From an uncultured Chloroflexia bacterium (GTDB lineage Bacteria; Chloroflexota; Limnocylindria; Limnocylindrales; CSP1-4), in contig CAVVYR010000002.1 in the NCBI GenBank assembly GCA_963752475.1, forward strand, positions 1 through 20,991: DNA of 20,991 nt, written 5' to 3'. The notes under the pieces are model-generated. The model did no database searches. It had not been told where the DNA came from and saw only the letters and a list, made by a program, of their open reading frames with translations. The stretch's first letter is position 1; every line of letters starts with the position of its first letter. The position numbers and the translations under genes were made by a program. Positions 18,612 through 20,991 of this stretch are shown in pieces.

Positions 18612-19578
18612 CTACACCCCAGGGGCGAAGTCGACATCGAGAAAGCCGTCGTCGCCGAACCCGTCCCAGACCGCGACCAGCTCGGTCGTGGGCTGGCTCT
18701 GCGTGGCCTCGGTCACGATCAGCGTCTCCGCTGCCGGAATCCAAGTCGTCGATGAGGGCGGAGGTGTCGACCCCGTCCTCCTCCTGGTAGATGTCGTCAT
18801 ACGTGGCGCCGGCCCGGGTCCAGATGTGCTCCAGTCCCGCGCCGCTCATGACCTCGACGTAGTCCGGGTCCGCCTCGACGCCTACCGACGTCACCACGTG
18901 CTGCTTGACCTTCCAGTCCTGGAAGGGCCCACGGAGCACGGCGGGGGTGATGATCGCAGGACTCACGGGGTACTGGCCCATCTTGATGATGTCACCCACG
19001 GTGACGGCACCGTCCCCGTTGGTGTCGACGATCTTGGCGATCATCACGTCGCCCGCATCGTAGACGTGGTTGGTGTTGACGTCGGCGTAGGCGATGACGA
19101 GCGTCGGGGGCTCGGGTGGGATGGGCACCGGGATCTCGCAGTTGACCCAGGGCCCGGAACCGGTGCCCTGGAAGCACTTGTCCACGCCGAGGCCGCCGTT
19201 GAGCGTGTCGTTGCCCACCTGGCCCGCGATGAAGTCGGGACCGGGGCCGCCGTGGAGGCGGTCGTTGCCGAGCTGGCCCCAGAGGACGTCGGCGCCGGGG
19301 CCACCGACGACGAGGTCGTTGCCCGTGCCAGCGCAGATGAGGTCGTTGCCACCGCGGCCGTAGATGCGGTCAGCGCCACCCTTGGCCACGATGACGTCGC
19401 GCTTGGCGGTGCCGACGAGCTTGTCGGCCTTGCGGGTACCCACGATGGTGGCGACCTTGCCCTGGCAGCGGGGCTTGGCCGCGGACGCGGGGGAGGCCAC
19501 GGTGGCGGCGGTCATGCTCGCGAGCACCGCAGCCGCGGTGACCACGGCCAGCACATGGCGGATTCTGGTGGTGCGCAT
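18612..19578 (-). CDS. Secreted Ca-binding protein with RTX/hemolysin-type nonapeptide repeats (paralog A), frameshifted at ~18725
   Basis: Signal peptide; CQGKVATIVGT; GGADRIYGRGGNDLICAGTGNDLVVGGPGADVLWGQLGNDRLHGGPGPD; Pro linker; DVNTNHVYDAGD and DTNGDGAVTVGD loops. The alternative-frame end TLIVTE...GDDGFLDVDFAPGV* matches the end of paralog B. Confidence 0.85.
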
Positions 19579-19645
19579 ACCTTGAGGGACCCTCCCAGTA
19601 GCTGCGTCGCCCCCCGGGGTCCGGTGCCCCTCGAACGATCGCTGC

Positions 19646-19674
19646 ATCCTAGCGTGCTCGCGAGCACAAGTGAA
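19646..19674 (-). promoter_or_regulatory. Sigma70-like promoter of paralog A (TTCACT-N17-TAGGAT) with a perfect 14-bp palindrome in the spacer
   Basis: -35 at 19669-19674, -10 at 19646-19651, GTGCTCGCGAGCAC at 19654-19667. The same promoter layout is seen upstream of paralog B. Confidence 0.6.
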
Positions 19675-19704
19675 GGCCCGGCCTCGACAGGGTGGGCCTT
19701 CACT
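19669..19704. terminator. Terminator-like hairpin between RTX paralogs B and A
   Basis: AGTGAAGGCCC (19669-19679) / GGGCCTTCACT (19694-19704), about 20 nt after the stop of paralog B. Confidence 0.65.
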
Positions 19705-19724
19705 GGCTCGTGCCGATCGGTGCG

Positions 19725-20681
19725 TCAGGGAGTGTAGAAGATCACATCGATGAAGAAGTCATCGCCTCGGCCGGGCGCCTCGAGTTGGTAGTCCTCGCTC
19801 ATCGGTCGACTCGGCGAATTCGGCTGAAGGACGACGGTGTCCGGGACGTCGACACCGAATGGATCCCGGAAATCGGAGACATCGCCTGACCCGCTCTCCT
19901 GGTACTCGTCGTAGTTGAGGCCGATCTTGCGGAACCATCTGTGTGTACCGCCCGCACTCTGGACGATGACCCAGTTCGCGGTCACCGCGTCGATGGCGGT
20001 GATCGCGTGAGACTTGACCTGCCAGGGCTCGAACGTCTGGCGGATGCGAGCCGGCGTGATCGCCCGAGGCGTCGTGGGGTATGAGCCCATGTTGATGGTA
20101 TCGGTCACGCTGACGTCGCCAGACCCATCGCTGTCCACGATCTCCGCGATCATCACATCACCGGAATCGTACGCGTGGTTGTGGTTGGCATCGGCGTAGG
20201 CGACGACCAGCGTCGGCGGAGGCGGTGCGGGCAGTTCGCAGTTGACGACCTGGCCTGACCCTGTGCCCTGGAAGCAGGTATCGAGACTGATCCCGCCGTT
20301 CACCACGTCATCGCCGACCTGTCCGGCGAGGAAGTCCGGACCGGGTCCGCCGTGGAGACGGTCGTCGCCGAGCTGGCCCCAGAGGACGTCCGCCCCCGGA
20401 CCACCGACCACGAGATCATTGCCGTTGCCGGCGCAGATGAGGTCGTTGCCGCCCTTGCCGTAGATCTTGTCGTTGCCGCCACGGGCCACGATGATGTCGC
20501 GCTTGGCGGTGCCGCGGATGACCTCGCTCTTCCTGGTGCCGACGATCGTGGCCACCTTGCCCTGGCATCTGGGCTTCTTGGCCCGCTGCGCCGGTGCCGC
20601 CACGGTGGCTACGGTCATCGTGGCCATCACGGCAGCCGCGGTGATTACTGCGAGCGCCCGGCCGGATCGAGTGGTTGGCAT
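19725..20681 (-). CDS. Secreted Ca-binding protein with RTX/hemolysin-type repeats (paralog B), 318 aa
   Basis: ATG 20681 follows AAGGGGGG; signal peptide; CQGKVATIVGT; GGNDKIYGKGGNDLICAGNGND...; DANHNHAYDSGD and DSDGSGDVSVTD; ends GDDFFIDVIFYTP. Confidence 0.88.
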   Translation of the reverse strand: MPTTRSGRALAVITAAAVMATMTVATVAAPAQRAKKPRCQGKVATIVGTRKSEVIRGTAKRDIIVARGGNDKIYGKGGNDLICAGNGNDLVVGGPGADVLWGQLGDDRLHGGPGPDFLAGQVGDDVVNGGISLDTCFQGTGSGQVVNCELPAPPPPTLVVAYADANHNHAYDSGDVMIAEIVDSDGSGDVSVTDTINMGSYPTTPRAITPARIRQTFEPWQVKSHAITAIDAVTANWVIVQSAGGTHRWFRKIGLNYDEYQESGSGDVSDFRDPFGVDVPDTVVLQPNSPSRPMSEDYQLEAPGRGDDFFIDVIFYTP

Positions 20682-20751
20682 GGACCAAATCCCCCCTTGG
20701 ACCTGTGTCGCTTCGTCGCCTGGAGACCCAAGCATCTCGTACGACACGTCG

Positions 20752-20780
20752 AGCCTAGCGCGGCGCGATACACCAGGGAA
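20752..20780 (-). promoter_or_regulatory. Sigma70-like promoter of paralog B (TTCCCT-N17-TAGGCT)
   Basis: -35 at 20775-20780, -10 at 20752-20757; each box differs by 1 nt from the paralog A promoter. Confidence 0.55.
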
Positions 20781-20804
20781 GACCCGACCCCAATCGTGGA
20801 TTCC

Positions 20805-20990
20805 CTACTCGGAGTACCCGGGATGGGAGATCCGGGTGCCAGCAGGCGCTCCCGTCAACGCTTCCGGCAGGTGTGCCATCGATCCTCGCAGGCCGTGCGC
20901 AATGACGTACATGTCCGCCGCCGGCAGCAGGTCGAACTCGGCGCCGTCCATCGCACCGGTCGCCTTCACCTCCAGCGGCGAGAGCGAGCT
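20805..20990 (-). CDS. 3' end of a probable amino-acid-kinase-family protein (UMP kinase-like C-terminus), partial
   Basis: Manual translation SSLSPLEVKATGAMDGAEFDLLPAADMYVIAHGLRGSMAHLPEALTGAPAGTRISHPGYSE*. The MD..AF and AL.G...GT.I patterns resemble AAK-family C-termini. Confidence 0.55.
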   Translation of the reverse strand, partial: SSLSPLEVKATGAMDGAEFDLLPAADMYVIAHGLRGSMAHLPEALTGAPAGTRISHPGYSE

Positions 20991-20991
20991 C

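Noticed and set aside
19579-19640. Leader GGGCAC read as a c-di-GMP-II or c-di-AMP riboswitch
   Set aside because: The other conserved elements and the length of those riboswitches are missing; kept only as an unassigned motif.
18612-20681. RTX toxin / type I secretion system using the nearby ABC transporter
   Set aside because: The proteins have N-terminal signal peptides and no toxin domain; the ABC system is MacB/FtsX type with no HlyB, HlyD or TolC genes in the window.
18479-20760. CGCTAGG upstream of three consecutive minus-strand genes (18479-18485, 19648-19654, 20754-20760) as a separate operator
   Set aside because: It overlaps the predicted -10 hexamers (TACGCT, TAGGAT, TAGGCT), so promoter sequence and the duplication explain it.

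Overview
High-GC bacterial chromosomal window. Signal-peptide style and gene content suggest Chloroflexota, which is an inference. In order: a very large secreted surface protein on the minus strand (K/E/P pentapeptide repeat arrays, Ig-like, Calx-beta and SdrD-B-like domains) running off the left end; pgm; a divergent four-gene BMP/CUT2 nucleoside/simple-sugar ABC operon; and a minus-strand run of a small secreted protein, TetR, a MacB/LolD-type ABC ATPase and FtsX-type permease, a DtxR/MntR-family regulator and aroF. These are followed by a 671-aa hypothetical protein with GT-A-like motifs, a convergent helical hypothetical protein, two tandem paralogous secreted RTX-repeat proteins, and the 3' end of an amino-acid-kinase-family gene. 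At least five genes carry 1-2 nt indels, mostly in homopolymers or repeats, which looks like long-read assembly error. I found no RNA genes, mobile elements or CRISPR arrays. Best leads: a related stem-loop motif in the 5' leaders of three surface-protein genes, the GT-A-like hypothetical protein, and a DtxR homolog that has lost its primary metal ligands and sits directly upstream of aroF.
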